Shown one piece after another: positions 1 to 10,426 of a stretch of DNA of 64,000 nucleotides. The stretch spans positions 175,161 to 239,160 of the forward strand of contig CAZQVT010000001.1 in assembly GCA_964596875.1 (NCBI GenBank), given 5' to 3'. The notes under the pieces are model-generated. The model did no database searches. It saw only the letters and a program-made list of their open reading frames with translations, and was not told the origin of the DNA. This DNA is from an uncultured Candidatus Saccharibacteria bacterium. GTDB lineage: Bacteria > Patescibacteriota > Minisyncoccia > Phycocordibacterales > DATDWN01. Position numbers and translations under genes: made by a program. How positions within the stretch are numbered: the first letter of the stretch is position 1; each line of letters starts with the position of its first letter.

Positions 1-48
1 AAGGCTATTTTGTTGATAATGTCGTGATTTTGTGATAGTATTGGGGTT

Positions 49-1326
49 ATGTTGATAACTCGTACTCAAAGGTTTAAAAATTTTCTAACTTCGATAAAAC
101 TAGGATTTTTCTTGGCATACAGACAGGTAAGGGGAAGTAGTATAGGTACTACTGCTCTTATTGTTTTTATTATGACCCTTACCTTCCTTAACCTTGTAGT
201 TGTGCGTGGGGTTTTGGTAGGTCTTATTCAGAGTTCTACCGACCTTTTCCGAGAAAAGTATGCCGGAGATATTTTCATATCTACTCTTCCTAAAAAAACA
301 TACATTGAAAACAGTCCTAGTGTGGTAGAGATAGTAAAAAATATGCCATGGACTAGAGTTTATTCTGTTCGGTATGTTGAGGCAGGTACTGTAGAAGGCA
401 CATACAAAGAAAGAATCGACTTTACCGAGGATGCCAACATTGCTAACGGAGTTTTTACCGGCATTGATCCAATAAAAGAAGAAGAGACAACAAATATTTC
501 ATCTATGCTTATTGCGGGTTCCATGCTTACTCCCGAAGATACGGACAGTATCCTTATTGGTGCAAACACTTTGAAAAAATATCTTCCTATCGAGGCTCCA
601 GGGCTTTTACTTTTGGAAAATGTTGATGTTGGTTCAAGAGTTCGTATAAAAATAAATGGAAACGTAAAAGAGGTTACTATAAAAGGAATCATAAAAGGCA
701 AAGGTGCTTTTGATGACAGAGTTGTTATTTTAGACTCAGTACTTCGACCACTTATTGGTAGAACAGATTACAACGTAGATGAAATCGCAATAAAAGTTAA
801 AGACGGCACAGACCCGCTTGTTGTAAAACAGGCACTCATTAGTTCAGGTGTAGACAAGGATGCAAGAGTTCAGACTGTAGACGAGGCTCTCCCAAAGTTT
901 TTGAAAGATATCCAGGCAACTTTTGGACTTTTGGGTAATGCTATTGGTTCTATTGGTTTGGTTGTTGCCTCTATCACTATTTTCATTGTTATTTATATTA
1001 ACGCTATTACTCGAAGAAAGTTTATCGGTATTTTAAAGGGTATTGGCATTGACTCTACTGCAATCGAGTTTTCATACATTTTGCAGTCTATACTGTATGC
1101 AACGATGGGAGTTTTGGTAGGACTTGCAATACTTTATGGCTTTCTAGTTCCTTATATAGATGCTCATCCGATAAACTTTCCATTTAGTGACGGAATACTT
1201 GTTGCAGAGTATTCAAACACTCTTATTCGTGCAGGTCTTTTGCTTATTGCCACTATTTTTGCGGGTTACATTCCAGCAAGAATTGTCGTAAAGCAAAACA
1301 CTCTGGATGCAATTCTGGGAAGATAA
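49..1326 (+). CDS. ABC transporter permease, FtsX/MacB family
   Basis: 425-aa ORF with N-terminal TM, large extracytoplasmic loop and C-terminal TM bundle; followed 18 nt later by an ABC ATPase. Confidence 0.75.
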   Translation: MLITRTQRFKNFLTSIKLGFFLAYRQVRGSSIGTTALIVFIMTLTFLNLVVVRGVLVGLIQSSTDLFREKYAGDIFISTLPKKTYIENSPSVVEIVKNMPWTRVYSVRYVEAGTVEGTYKERIDFTEDANIANGVFTGIDPIKEEETTNISSMLIAGSMLTPEDTDSILIGANTLKKYLPIEAPGLLLLENVDVGSRVRIKINGNVKEVTIKGIIKGKGAFDDRVVILDSVLRPLIGRTDYNVDEIAIKVKDGTDPLVVKQALISSGVDKDARVQTVDEALPKFLKDIQATFGLLGNAIGSIGLVVASITIFIVIYINAITRRKFIGILKGIGIDSTAIEFSYILQSILYATMGVLVGLAILYGFLVPYIDAHPINFPFSDGILVAEYSNTLIRAGLLLIATIFAGYIPARIVVKQNTLDAILGR

Positions 1327-1343
1327 ACTATAAATTAATTTGT

Positions 1344-2036
1344 ATGGATTCAATAATTACAGTAAAAAACTTAGTAAAATCTTTTAAGTCTGGAGACTCA
1401 GAACTTGTCGTGCTTAAAGGTTTGGAAATTTCTGTGCCAAAGGGACAGTTCCTTTCTATTACTGGTCGTTCTGGTTCAGGAAAGTCAACACTTCTTTATC
1501 AACTAGGTTTGCTAGATCATCCAAATTCTGGAGATATAAAAATCGACGGCATAGATATTTCAAAACTAAATAATGAGCAGAGAACAAAGTTTAGATTAAA
1601 CAAACTGGGGTATGTGTTTCAGGATTATGCGCTTATTCCAGAACTTACAGCAATGGAAAATGTAGCGTTGCCACTTTTGATGCAGGGTGAAACTTTAGAA
1701 GAAGCAAAAAGTAAGGCGATAGATTCTCTAAACAGAATTGGTCTAGGAGATAAAATAAATAATATTCCAAACCAACTTTCGGGAGGACAACAGCAAAGAG
1801 TTTCCATTGCAAGAGCCATAGCGCATAATCCAACAATTATTTTTGCAGACGAGCCTACGGCGAACCTAGATACCGAAACATCGGATCAAGTGTTGGAAGC
1901 ATTTATAGATCTGCATAAACAAGGGCAAACCATTATCATGGTGACCCACGAAAAAGAATATTCGGAAAGGACAGATCGGGTGGTGCTACTGTCAGACGGA
2001 AAAATTATTTCAGACATAATGAATAAGAAAAAATAA
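1344..2036 (+). CDS. ABC transporter ATP-binding protein (MacB/LolD-type)
   Basis: Walker A GRSGSGKST, ABC signature LSGGQQQR, Walker B IIFADEPT. Confidence 0.9.
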   Translation: MDSIITVKNLVKSFKSGDSELVVLKGLEISVPKGQFLSITGRSGSGKSTLLYQLGLLDHPNSGDIKIDGIDISKLNNEQRTKFRLNKLGYVFQDYALIPELTAMENVALPLLMQGETLEEAKSKAIDSLNRIGLGDKINNIPNQLSGGQQQRVSIARAIAHNPTIIFADEPTANLDTETSDQVLEAFIDLHKQGQTIIMVTHEKEYSERTDRVVLLSDGKIISDIMNKKK

Positions 2037-2040
2037 AAAT

Positions 2041-3522
2041 ATGAAAACAAAAATACAAAACACAAAAAATTATATAATGACCCACAAGAAAACTTCAGTA
2101 GTTATTTTCTTGGTCCTTGCTTTTATCGCTTACAAAGTTTTTTCACCAAGTAGTTCTAAAACAGACCAATACCTAGTAAAAAGATCTGACATTGTTCAAA
2201 AAGTTATTGTAAACGGGAACACAAAAGCGATTCGGGACTCAAGTCTGGCTTTTGAAGTAAATGGAACAGTGAGAACAACACAAGTTTCTGTTGGTTCAAG
2301 AGTTGTTGTTGGACAAGCACTAGTAAGTCTTGACCAGTCAACACTGTATGCAGATTTACTAAAAGCACAGGCAAACGTTGCTAGTGAGCAGGCTAGATTG
2401 GACGAACTGAAAAAGGGTAGTAGACCAGAAGATATTGCTATTTCAGAAACAGAAGTTGCAAATGCAAAAGTAACTCTGGAAGATGCAGAAAGAAACTTAC
2501 AAAACAAAGTTGTCGATATTGTAAACAATAATATAGACCAGTTTTTCAGTAATCCAAAAACAGCAAACCCACAGTTCAATCTTGTGGTAAATGATACTCA
2601 GTTAAAAAATAATATAAATACTGGAAGATTTTTAGTTGAGGCTGTTATCCAAAATTGGACAAGTGCAGATATCGACAAAAACCTACCGCAAGTCGTTTCA
2701 CTTCTAGACAATGTTGCACTAGCAGTAAACTCGCAGTCACAGTCTAGTGGAGTCTCTCAAACTACAGTAGATGCATACCGAGCCTCTATTTCTAGTGCTA
2801 GATCTGCACTAACAACTGCGCGAGAAACACTAAACTCATCTAGATCAAAACTTGCACTAGCTGAAAAAAATCTTTCACTAAAGAAAAGTGGTAGTACTCC
2901 AGAGGCAATAAAAGCCCAAGAAGCAAAAGTTTTACAAAACGAAGCCCAGGTAGAAAGTGTACAAGCTCAACTAAGTAAAATGACACTTCGCTCACCACAA
3001 AATGGTGTTGTTACAAAACAAGACGCAAAAGTAGGTGAAATAGTGACTCCAGGAAAGGTTGTTGTTTCTGTAATTTCAGACAGCGATCTAGAAATCGAGT
3101 CTAATGTTTCAGAAGTAAGTATTGGAAAGGTGGCAGTAGGAAACTCAGTTGTTATTACTTTTGATGCATTTCCAGGAGAAACATTTTCAGGAAAAGTTTC
3201 ATATATCGAACCAGGGGAAACAGTTGTGGATGGTGTAGTAAACTACAAAGTGACAGTGGCTTTCAACGAAAAATATCCACAGATAAAATCTGGTTTAACA
3301 TCTAGACTTGAAATAATTACAGCAGAAAAGAAAGAAGTTATTTCTGTCCCAGAATACGCTGTTACAAAAAATGAGACTGGTTCATTTGTTACAAAAATAA
3401 ACGGAAAAACAACTTCACAAGTTCCAGTAACATTGGGTATACGAGGTCAGGATGGTTTTGTTGAGGTTGTGAGTGGTTTAAATGTGGGTGATTCGATAGA
3501 AACAGTCGCACAAGTAAAATAA
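2041..3522 (+). CDS. HlyD-family periplasmic adaptor (membrane fusion protein) of the efflux system
   Basis: N-terminal TM, long coiled-coil segment, C-terminal beta-rich domain; third gene of permease-ATPase-adaptor operon. Confidence 0.7.
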   Translation: MKTKIQNTKNYIMTHKKTSVVIFLVLAFIAYKVFSPSSSKTDQYLVKRSDIVQKVIVNGNTKAIRDSSLAFEVNGTVRTTQVSVGSRVVVGQALVSLDQSTLYADLLKAQANVASEQARLDELKKGSRPEDIAISETEVANAKVTLEDAERNLQNKVVDIVNNNIDQFFSNPKTANPQFNLVVNDTQLKNNINTGRFLVEAVIQNWTSADIDKNLPQVVSLLDNVALAVNSQSQSSGVSQTTVDAYRASISSARSALTTARETLNSSRSKLALAEKNLSLKKSGSTPEAIKAQEAKVLQNEAQVESVQAQLSKMTLRSPQNGVVTKQDAKVGEIVTPGKVVVSVISDSDLEIESNVSEVSIGKVAVGNSVVITFDAFPGETFSGKVSYIEPGETVVDGVVNYKVTVAFNEKYPQIKSGLTSRLEIITAEKKEVISVPEYAVTKNETGSFVTKINGKTTSQVPVTLGIRGQDGFVEVVSGLNVGDSIETVAQVK

Positions 3523-3545
3523 ATAAGTTAAAATAGAAATATAGT

Positions 3546-4463
3546 ATGACGCAAGACAGTATTCCGGAATATACAATTTTACTTTTCTATAAATACGTAA
3601 ATATAGAAAATCCAGAAAAACTACGAGATGAACAAAGAGCGCTTTGTGAAAAGTTAAAACTGAAGGGAAGAATTATTACAGCCAAGGAGGGAATAAATGT
3701 AACTCTAGAGGGTAAAACTGAAGATACAGAAAAATATCTAGAAGAATTTTTAAAGGATCCACGTTTCCAAAATACTCATATAAAAAGAAGTCCTGGAATA
3801 GGTGATGCTTTTCCTAAACTTTCTGTAAAAGCTAGAAAAGAAATAGTTACTTTAGGTAAAAGTCTGACAGAAGTTAAGTCAAAGGGTAAGGTAATAAAAC
3901 CTGAAGAGTTAAAAGAGTGGTTCCAAACAAAAAAAGTAGGTGAGGATTTTTATATTGTTGACCTTCGGAACGACTACGAGTTTAAGGTCGGGAGGTTTCA
4001 AGGTTCAATGATTCCTGAAAACTTACAAAACTTTCGCGATGTTCCACATGTTTTAAACCAACTGGAACCAATGAAAGATAAGCCAATGATCACTGTCTGT
4101 ACAGGAGATGTTCGCTGTGAAAAAGCATCTGCGTATCTGCAAGATCTTGGGTTCGATAATGCATACCATTTAGATGGTGGGATAGTTACATATATGGAAA
4201 AGTTTCCAGCCCAGGAGTTTTTGGGAACTTTATACGTTTTTGATAAACGTATCACTATGGACTTTGATTCTGCCAAAGGTGTCCAAGATAAACATACAGT
4301 CGTGGGAGAATGTGAGAAATGTAATGTTAAGTCCGAGAGATATGTGAACTGTAAAAATCCTCGTTGCAATAAACATTTCATTTGCTGTTTGGAATGTAGC
4401 GAAGAGGACGGTCGTTCATTTTGTTCCGAGGTTTGTAGAGAAAAAGTTCTTACAACAAAATAA
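3546..4463 (+). CDS. rhodanese-domain protein, TrhO/YceA-like (UPF0176, tRNA U34 hydroxylase family)
   Basis: N-terminal pattern LLFYKY...L...GRI..A.EGIN typical of UPF0176, rhodanese core, Cys-rich C-terminus. Confidence 0.6.
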   Translation: MTQDSIPEYTILLFYKYVNIENPEKLRDEQRALCEKLKLKGRIITAKEGINVTLEGKTEDTEKYLEEFLKDPRFQNTHIKRSPGIGDAFPKLSVKARKEIVTLGKSLTEVKSKGKVIKPEELKEWFQTKKVGEDFYIVDLRNDYEFKVGRFQGSMIPENLQNFRDVPHVLNQLEPMKDKPMITVCTGDVRCEKASAYLQDLGFDNAYHLDGGIVTYMEKFPAQEFLGTLYVFDKRITMDFDSAKGVQDKHTVVGECEKCNVKSERYVNCKNPRCNKHFICCLECSEEDGRSFCSEVCREKVLTTK

Positions 4464-4464
4464 A

Positions 4465-5148
4465 ATGAACAGACGATTCAAGTATTACACTCCTATAGTG
4501 ATGCAGAAGCTTGGATATGTCGTGTTTTATCCTTTACATCGTTTGTTTGTGGATATGGAAATAAGAGGTCGGGAAAATTTAGTCGGTTTAAATGGCCCGA
4601 TTATTTTGGCGTCCAACCATACAGGGGAAATGGATACTATGACAGTACACATGACGTTTCCTTTTTTCTCAAGATTTTTTCCTATTTACTACATTACTTC
4701 TCCAACACTAAAATACAATACATTTGGTTGGCGTAGTTATATATATGGCCAAACTTTCTTCCAACTTTTTGGTGGTTATGCTGTGCATTCAGGTTTTAAA
4801 GATTATGCTATTTCGCTTGAAGACCATATAGATTTGTTGGAACGAGGTCACACTGTGCAAATATATCCTGAAGGAAGAATAACAACAGATGGAAATATCG
4901 GTCCTGCAAGGGGCGGTCTGGGATATATGGTTTATAAAACAGGTGCAACTGTTTTACCGGTGGCTATAGATACTTTTTATGACTTGAGTTGGTATGACTA
5001 TTTTAGAAGAAAAAGAAAAGTCGTGGTTACGATATTAAAGCCATTATCTGAAAATGAAATTGCTACGGCATTCGAGCCCACAGTAGAGGACTACAGACAC
5101 ACAGGAGATTTAGTTTTAAATAAAATACAAGAAGTATTAAAAAAATAA
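4465..5148 (+). CDS. lysophospholipid acyltransferase (PlsC-like)
   Basis: HX4D-type motif NHTGEMD, PEGRIT motif. Confidence 0.6.
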   Translation: MNRRFKYYTPIVMQKLGYVVFYPLHRLFVDMEIRGRENLVGLNGPIILASNHTGEMDTMTVHMTFPFFSRFFPIYYITSPTLKYNTFGWRSYIYGQTFFQLFGGYAVHSGFKDYAISLEDHIDLLERGHTVQIYPEGRITTDGNIGPARGGLGYMVYKTGATVLPVAIDTFYDLSWYDYFRRKRKVVVTILKPLSENEIATAFEPTVEDYRHTGDLVLNKIQEVLKK

Positions 5149-5163
5149 TTTATATTAAAAAAA

Positions 5164-5192
5164 TTGACGTTTATTTAAATAAATGATATACT
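5164..5192 (+). promoter_or_regulatory. sigma70-like promoter TTGACG-17-TATACT driving GC-rich small ORF
   Basis: near-consensus -35/-10 with 17-nt spacer ~55 nt upstream of ORF; GGGAGG RBS at ~5233. Confidence 0.55.
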
Positions 5193-5247
5193 ATATATAG
5201 GTTAATCCGCTCAAGGTTTTGCCTTGGGAGAAGGGAGGTAGATCAAA

Positions 5248-5460
5248 ATGACGCCACTTGCGAGTGAAGTACCGATCGTTCCGAGCATCATTCCTCTGTT
5301 GTTCGGTGAAGAGGGTGACTCCGGAGACGACGGAGACAACGGAAGCTCCGGAGACGACGGAGACGGCGGAACCGGTCAGGGTGATGATCCGGGGGATTCT
5401 TCGGGAGATGACTCCGGACCCGACCATGACGACTACGGTCACGACTCCGATGCCGACTAG
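5248..5460 (+). CDS. small acidic Asp/Gly/Ser-rich protein (70 aa), GC-rich minicassette 1
   Basis: ATG 9 nt downstream of GGGAGG; hydrophobic N-terminus then D/G/S low-complexity tail; internal DNA tandem repeats; GC far above flanks. Confidence 0.4.
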   Translation: MTPLASEVPIVPSIIPLLFGEEGDSGDDGDNGSSGDDGDGGTGQGDDPGDSSGDDSGPDHDDYGHDSDAD

Positions 5461-5486
5461 TTCGGCATGTGACTGACTGACGAGAG

Positions 5487-5513
5487 CGCCACTACCAATC
5501 CGGTAGTGGCGCT
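5487..5513 (+). terminator. hairpin GCGCCACTACC-AATCC-GGTAGTGGCGC after small ORF
   Basis: perfect 11-bp inverted repeat followed by short T stretch. Confidence 0.5.
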
Positions 5514-5539
5514 CGAACTTTTATATTATAATTTTACAC

Positions 5540-6820
5540 ATGAGTATATTTAGTGATTTTAATGTTGTAAGATCAGAAGATTTTCTTGAGAATGGCATTC
5601 GAGTAGTGCTTTTTAAACGTGAAGGTGCTCCAATTACTACCACAGCAATTTTAAAATCTGGTTCAAGACATGATCCCGAATCTATGCCAGGGTTATCACA
5701 TTTTATAGAACATATGATTACAAACGGGTCAAAAGTTTTTCCTACTAAGGATCTTTTGGCAGAACATATAGAATCGGTAGGTGGTGTTTATAGGGCTAGT
5801 ACAGGTCAAGATTCTATGATTGTAGACACTGAAATTTCTGATAGAGCTGATTATTCAAGGGTGGTTGATATCTTTAAGGCAACATTATGTGAACCGTTGA
5901 TGGATATAAAGGTTTTTGAGAATGAAAAAAAAGTGGTTGTGAAAGAAATTAAAAAAAGTGAGTCAAATCCATCTCAAATTGTGATAAAAACTGCAAGACA
6001 GTTATTTTTTTATGGCACTCCGCTTGAACATCCTGTTCTGGGCGATGAAAAAGCAATATTAGATTTTAAGTATGAGGATGTTTTAGATCAACATGTAAAA
6101 CTATTTGATAAATCACGAATTAGCATTATTGTATCTGGTGATATTGAGATGGATATGGTTATTGAAAAATTGAATGAAATTTCGTTTTTAGAAGGAAATA
6201 ATTTTTTGCCAAAGGCTGATAATCTGAATTTTTTAAACGAAAAAAAAATAAAATCAACTTTTTTTGATACAACTCAAACTTATATTTATTTTGGTGTCCA
6301 AGCCCCAGCCTCGTTTACTAAGGATTCTCTACATTTAAATATTCTAGGAAGCATTCTTGCCGGAGGAAGAAATTCAAGGTTAACAAAAAAATTGAGATAT
6401 GAAAAAGGATTGGTGTACAATGTTGGTTTCGGAAGAATTGGTGGAGTAAAACAGGGTTCATGGAATATAATTACTGATACCACCGAGGACAAGGTTCAAG
6501 AAGTTATTGATGAAATTATTAGTGAGATTAGTGATATTAGAAATTTTGGAGTTAAAGATTCAGAATTGGAGTTCGTTAAGAATAAGAGAATAAAATCATT
6601 GAAAAGAAATATGCAGACATCAAATGATTGGGTTGATTTTCATGCAATTGCTGAGGTTTTTTCGGAACAAACTTATAGCATAAATACTTATGTAGAAGAT
6701 ATAAAGAATACTACTGTAGAAGATATAAAAAAAGTAATAGATAAATACTTAGTTGATGACAAATGGAAATTAGCATTGTGTGGTAGAATAAAAGAAGAAT
6801 CAGTTAATATTAATTGGTAG
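5540..6820 (+). CDS. M16-family zinc peptidase (insulinase/pitrilysin-like)
   Basis: inverted zinc motif HFIEH near N-terminus, ~425 aa. Confidence 0.75.
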   Translation: MSIFSDFNVVRSEDFLENGIRVVLFKREGAPITTTAILKSGSRHDPESMPGLSHFIEHMITNGSKVFPTKDLLAEHIESVGGVYRASTGQDSMIVDTEISDRADYSRVVDIFKATLCEPLMDIKVFENEKKVVVKEIKKSESNPSQIVIKTARQLFFYGTPLEHPVLGDEKAILDFKYEDVLDQHVKLFDKSRISIIVSGDIEMDMVIEKLNEISFLEGNNFLPKADNLNFLNEKKIKSTFFDTTQTYIYFGVQAPASFTKDSLHLNILGSILAGGRNSRLTKKLRYEKGLVYNVGFGRIGGVKQGSWNIITDTTEDKVQEVIDEIISEISDIRNFGVKDSELEFVKNKRIKSLKRNMQTSNDWVDFHAIAEVFSEQTYSINTYVEDIKNTTVEDIKKVIDKYLVDDKWKLALCGRIKEESVNINW

Positions 6821-6838
6821 TATATAATGTCTGTATAA

Positions 6839-7531
6839 ATGAAAAAAGAATACACAGCAAGTGTGCATGACAATTTATTTCTTCAATTTTCATATTTTTT
6901 TATAAAAATAACACTAGGGACGCTGGTTAGGCTCATTTGGGTAAAAAAAGTAGAGGGGCTCAAAAATATTCCGAAGGATGGACCCCTAATCATAGCATTC
7001 AACCACCAAAGTTTTTTTGATTTTTTGTGTTTTGTATCAGTATCACCAAGGAAAATACACTTTTTATCTGCTGAAAAATTTTTTTCTCATATTTTATGGG
7101 GGCCATTGGTTAAATTAACAAGTCAAATAAAAGTAGAAAGACAAAGCAGTGATAAAATTGGTCTTCATAAGATCGTTTATGAACATTTATCAAACAATAA
7201 GGTTATAGGGATTTTTCCAGAAGGAACAAGATCTCCTCACGAAAAAGAAATGCTATTGGCTTTTACTGGAGTTGCAGAGTTTGCTTTGCGTGGTGGAGTT
7301 CCAGTGGTACCAGTAGGTATTAGGGGTGCGTATGAAGTAATGGCAAAACATGATAAGACGCCAAAGTTCAAAAAAATAGTTACAATACATGTTGGTGAGC
7401 CAATGCATTTTAACGAGTATCACAAATCTAAACTTGATAAAAAAACATATAGACTTGTGACAAATAAAATAATGATAGAAATAGCCAAACTTTCGGAAAA
7501 AAATTATCCATATTTACATATAGAAGAATAA
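6839..7531 (+). CDS. 1-acyl-sn-glycerol-3-phosphate acyltransferase (PlsC family)
   Basis: NHQSFFD (HX4D) and FPEGTRS motifs. Confidence 0.75.
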   Translation: MKKEYTASVHDNLFLQFSYFFIKITLGTLVRLIWVKKVEGLKNIPKDGPLIIAFNHQSFFDFLCFVSVSPRKIHFLSAEKFFSHILWGPLVKLTSQIKVERQSSDKIGLHKIVYEHLSNNKVIGIFPEGTRSPHEKEMLLAFTGVAEFALRGGVPVVPVGIRGAYEVMAKHDKTPKFKKIVTIHVGEPMHFNEYHKSKLDKKTYRLVTNKIMIEIAKLSEKNYPYLHIEE

Positions 7532-8190
7532 TGAAAAATTTAGTAATTTTCGATGTAGACAACACTATAGTCAAGGGACAGAGTCAGGCGCTATTTATTA
7601 AATATTTGTATAAAAAAAAATATGTAAGTTCCTTTTATTACTTAACTTTGATATCTTGGGTAGTTTTATACAAATTTCATTTGGTTAAAGATCCGTTACC
7701 TCCTATGAAATATGGTTTATCCTTTATCAAGGGCAAGACCGTGAATGAAGGTGAAAAAATTGTGAACAATTTTTTCGATGAAGTTTTAGTGAAATATATT
7801 TATAAACAAGCGTTAGATATTATAAAAAAATATAAAAATGAAGGTTCAGACATAATATTAGTTTCAAATGCGCCTGATATTTTAGTAAAAAAGATTGCAA
7901 ACTACTTAGGAGTTGAAAATTTTTTATCTACAAAGGTTGAATCTGAAAACGGTGTCTATACAGGAAATATATTTGGTGAGATAATGTATGGTGAACAAAA
8001 ATTAATTGCAGTTAAAAAATATATTGAAGTCTCGGGTCACACGCTAGAAAATTCTTATGCATATGGAGATCATGATTCTGATATCCATCTTTTGAAAAAT
8101 GTTGCTCATCCGTATGCTGTAAATCCATCTGGAAAGCTTAAAAAAATTGCAATTAAAAATAATTGGCCCGTACTTAACTTTAGTCTATGA
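7531..8190 (+). CDS. HAD-IB family hydrolase (phosphoserine phosphatase-like)
   Basis: DxDxT motif FDVDNTI at N-terminus, C-terminal GD..D; start overlaps previous stop. Confidence 0.7.
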   Translation: MKNLVIFDVDNTIVKGQSQALFIKYLYKKKYVSSFYYLTLISWVVLYKFHLVKDPLPPMKYGLSFIKGKTVNEGEKIVNNFFDEVLVKYIYKQALDIIKKYKNEGSDIILVSNAPDILVKKIANYLGVENFLSTKVESENGVYTGNIFGEIMYGEQKLIAVKKYIEVSGHTLENSYAYGDHDSDIHLLKNVAHPYAVNPSGKLKKIAIKNNWPVLNFSL

Positions 8191-9737
8191 ATTTATTTGG
8201 TATCACATCCATTATAATATTTTTCGCAAGTATAGGCTTTGGGCTGTTTTTGTACTCATCCAACAGAGAGTCACGAGTAAACAGGTCGTGGTTTGTCGTT
8301 TCGATATTCGTCGGACTATGGGGGCTGTCTTTATATGGAGTTACTTCAACATCAAATATTTTTATAGCAGAAAAGTGGCAGTATCTACTAGATATTTCAG
8401 CGACTCTTATTCCCGTAACGTACTTTGCGTTTGTTTGTGACTTGCTGGGCATTAATAATAGTTGGTTTAGACGTCTCATACTTTACATGGGTGCAGTCGT
8501 ATCAATTTTTAGTGTAACTCCTTATTTTAAACTTGGTGTACATGAAAAGTATGGTTTTTATTGGGTTAATCCAGGTTTTTATTATGAGGTGTTTCCATTA
8601 TTTTTTGGTGGAGTAACACTTATATGTTTAGTTTTTTTGATAATTGGATATAAAAATTCTAAAGATAGTGTGTTCAAGGCTCAAATTAGAAACACATTGT
8701 TGGCAGGGATTATAGGTTTTGGTGGTGGAATTACAAATTTTTTCCCGCAAGTTATAAATATATATCCTTTCGGTAACTATTTTGTGATTCTTTACGTTGC
8801 TTTGATGAGTTATGGAGTTTTGAGATATAAACTTTTGAGTAAAAAAATTATATCCGCTCAACTAGTGAGCGGTGCAATTGTTTTAGTATTTTTGTTTAAT
8901 CTATTACAACCATCATCCTTATTGAACTGGATAGTTAATTTGATTTTGTTTATCTTAGTTCTTATATTTTCAATCTTACTGGTTAAGGGTGTATATAATG
9001 AAATTAGTCAAAAAGAGCAGATAGAGAAACTTGCGGATGATTTGCAAACTGCGAACCAAGGACAAGTAAACCTGATCCATGTTATGAACCACCAAGTTAA
9101 GGGACATTTGGGAAATGCAAAAAATATTTTTGCTGAACTTCTAACTGACGATTATGGAGCAATGCCGGAAGATGCAAAACCACTTTTGGAAAAAGGATTA
9201 CAAGAAACGAATTTGGGAGTGGAGTATGTGCAAAACATATTGCGAGGTGCTTCTGCTGTTACTGGAACTCTGCCTTTTGATATGAAGCCAATAAACTTTA
9301 AGGAAATAGTAGAGGCTGTTTTTGAAAAACAAAAAGGCTACGCAGAAAATAAAGGGCTAAATATTTCTTTGGATATTAAGGAGGGTAAATATGATTTGAC
9401 GGGGGACAGTATACAACTTTCTGAGGCGGTTAAAAATCTTATCGATAATTCCGTGAATTATACGGAAAAAGGAAATATAGATGTAACTCTTTCTCAAGAA
9501 GATAAAATAAGTTTTGTAATAAAGGATACTGGTGTGGGAATTTCGGATGAGGACAAGCCAAAACTATTTAAGTCTGGAGGAAGAGGAACTGATTCACTAA
9601 AAATAAATATAAACTCAACTGGTTATGGTTTGGCTTTTGTAAAAGGTGTTGCTGAAGCACATAAGGGGAAAGTCTCAGCAATATCAGAGGGCGTTGGCAA
9701 AGGATCACAATTTGTACTAGAATTGCCTAAAAACTAA
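8187..9737 (+). CDS. sensor histidine kinase with multi-TM N-terminal domain (orphan)
   Basis: ~6 TM helices, H-box HVMNHQVKGHL, N/G boxes (DNSVNYT, GVGISDED, GYGLAF); ATGA overlap with upstream gene. Confidence 0.8.
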   Translation: MNLFGITSIIIFFASIGFGLFLYSSNRESRVNRSWFVVSIFVGLWGLSLYGVTSTSNIFIAEKWQYLLDISATLIPVTYFAFVCDLLGINNSWFRRLILYMGAVVSIFSVTPYFKLGVHEKYGFYWVNPGFYYEVFPLFFGGVTLICLVFLIIGYKNSKDSVFKAQIRNTLLAGIIGFGGGITNFFPQVINIYPFGNYFVILYVALMSYGVLRYKLLSKKIISAQLVSGAIVLVFLFNLLQPSSLLNWIVNLILFILVLIFSILLVKGVYNEISQKEQIEKLADDLQTANQGQVNLIHVMNHQVKGHLGNAKNIFAELLTDDYGAMPEDAKPLLEKGLQETNLGVEYVQNILRGASAVTGTLPFDMKPINFKEIVEAVFEKQKGYAENKGLNISLDIKEGKYDLTGDSIQLSEAVKNLIDNSVNYTEKGNIDVTLSQEDKISFVIKDTGVGISDEDKPKLFKSGGRGTDSLKININSTGYGLAFVKGVAEAHKGKVSAISEGVGKGSQFVLELPKN

Positions 9738-10426
9738 TGGCACAGGAACAAGTTTGGGACAGGGAATACAAAACATCAAAGCTTTTAACAAAAGACAACA
9801 AACCACAGTCAGATGTGGTGCGTTTTGTTAAATACTTAAAAAAAGATATTAGTTTTCAAATAGAAGGTGCGCAAGTTTTAGATCTTGGTTCTGGCGCAGG
9901 TAGAAACAGTTTTTATTTTGCAGAACTGGGTGCGAGTGTTGTGGGGCTTGAGATATCTAAAACTGCAGTAGAGATCGCAAATAAATACGCAACTGTGGCT
10001 GGGCTCAATATAAAATACATAAAACAAAGTATTGGAGAGACTTTTCCGGTAGAGGATAGTTCAGTAGACATTTTATTAGATATTACATCTTCAAACTCAT
10101 TAGATGAAAAAGAAAGAGAAGTTTATTTAAGCGAATCTCACAGAGTTTTGAAAAATAATGGAATATTTTTTGTAAAAGCACTTTGTTCGGAAGGGGATGA
10201 GAATGCAAAATTTTTAATAAAAAACCATCCTGGTAAGGAAAAAGATACATATATAATGCCGGAACTTGGTGTCACAGAACGTGTTTGGAGTAAGCAGGAT
10301 TTTGTAGATACTTATTCAAAATATTTCAAAGTATTGAATATGGAGAAAAAAACTAGTTATTCGAGGATGAATGGTCGCGTCTACAAACGTAACTTCTGGA
10401 TTTGTTACCTAAAAACAGAAAAATAG
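9737..10426 (+). CDS. class I SAM-dependent methyltransferase
   Basis: motif I VLDLGSGAGRN; TAATG overlap with kinase. Confidence 0.8.
   Translation: MAQEQVWDREYKTSKLLTKDNKPQSDVVRFVKYLKKDISFQIEGAQVLDLGSGAGRNSFYFAELGASVVGLEISKTAVEIANKYATVAGLNIKYIKQSIGETFPVEDSSVDILLDITSSNSLDEKEREVYLSESHRVLKNNGIFFVKALCSEGDENAKFLIKNHPGKEKDTYIMPELGVTERVWSKQDFVDTYSKYFKVLNMEKKTSYSRMNGRVYKRNFWICYLKTEK

Noticed and set aside
5258-5476. Alternative-frame 72-aa Thr/Glu/Pro-repeat ORF overlapping the acidic peptide ORF
   Set aside because: It starts at TTG with no RBS. The GGGAGG RBS is spaced for the 5248 frame. Both frames are by-products of the DNA tandem repeat.
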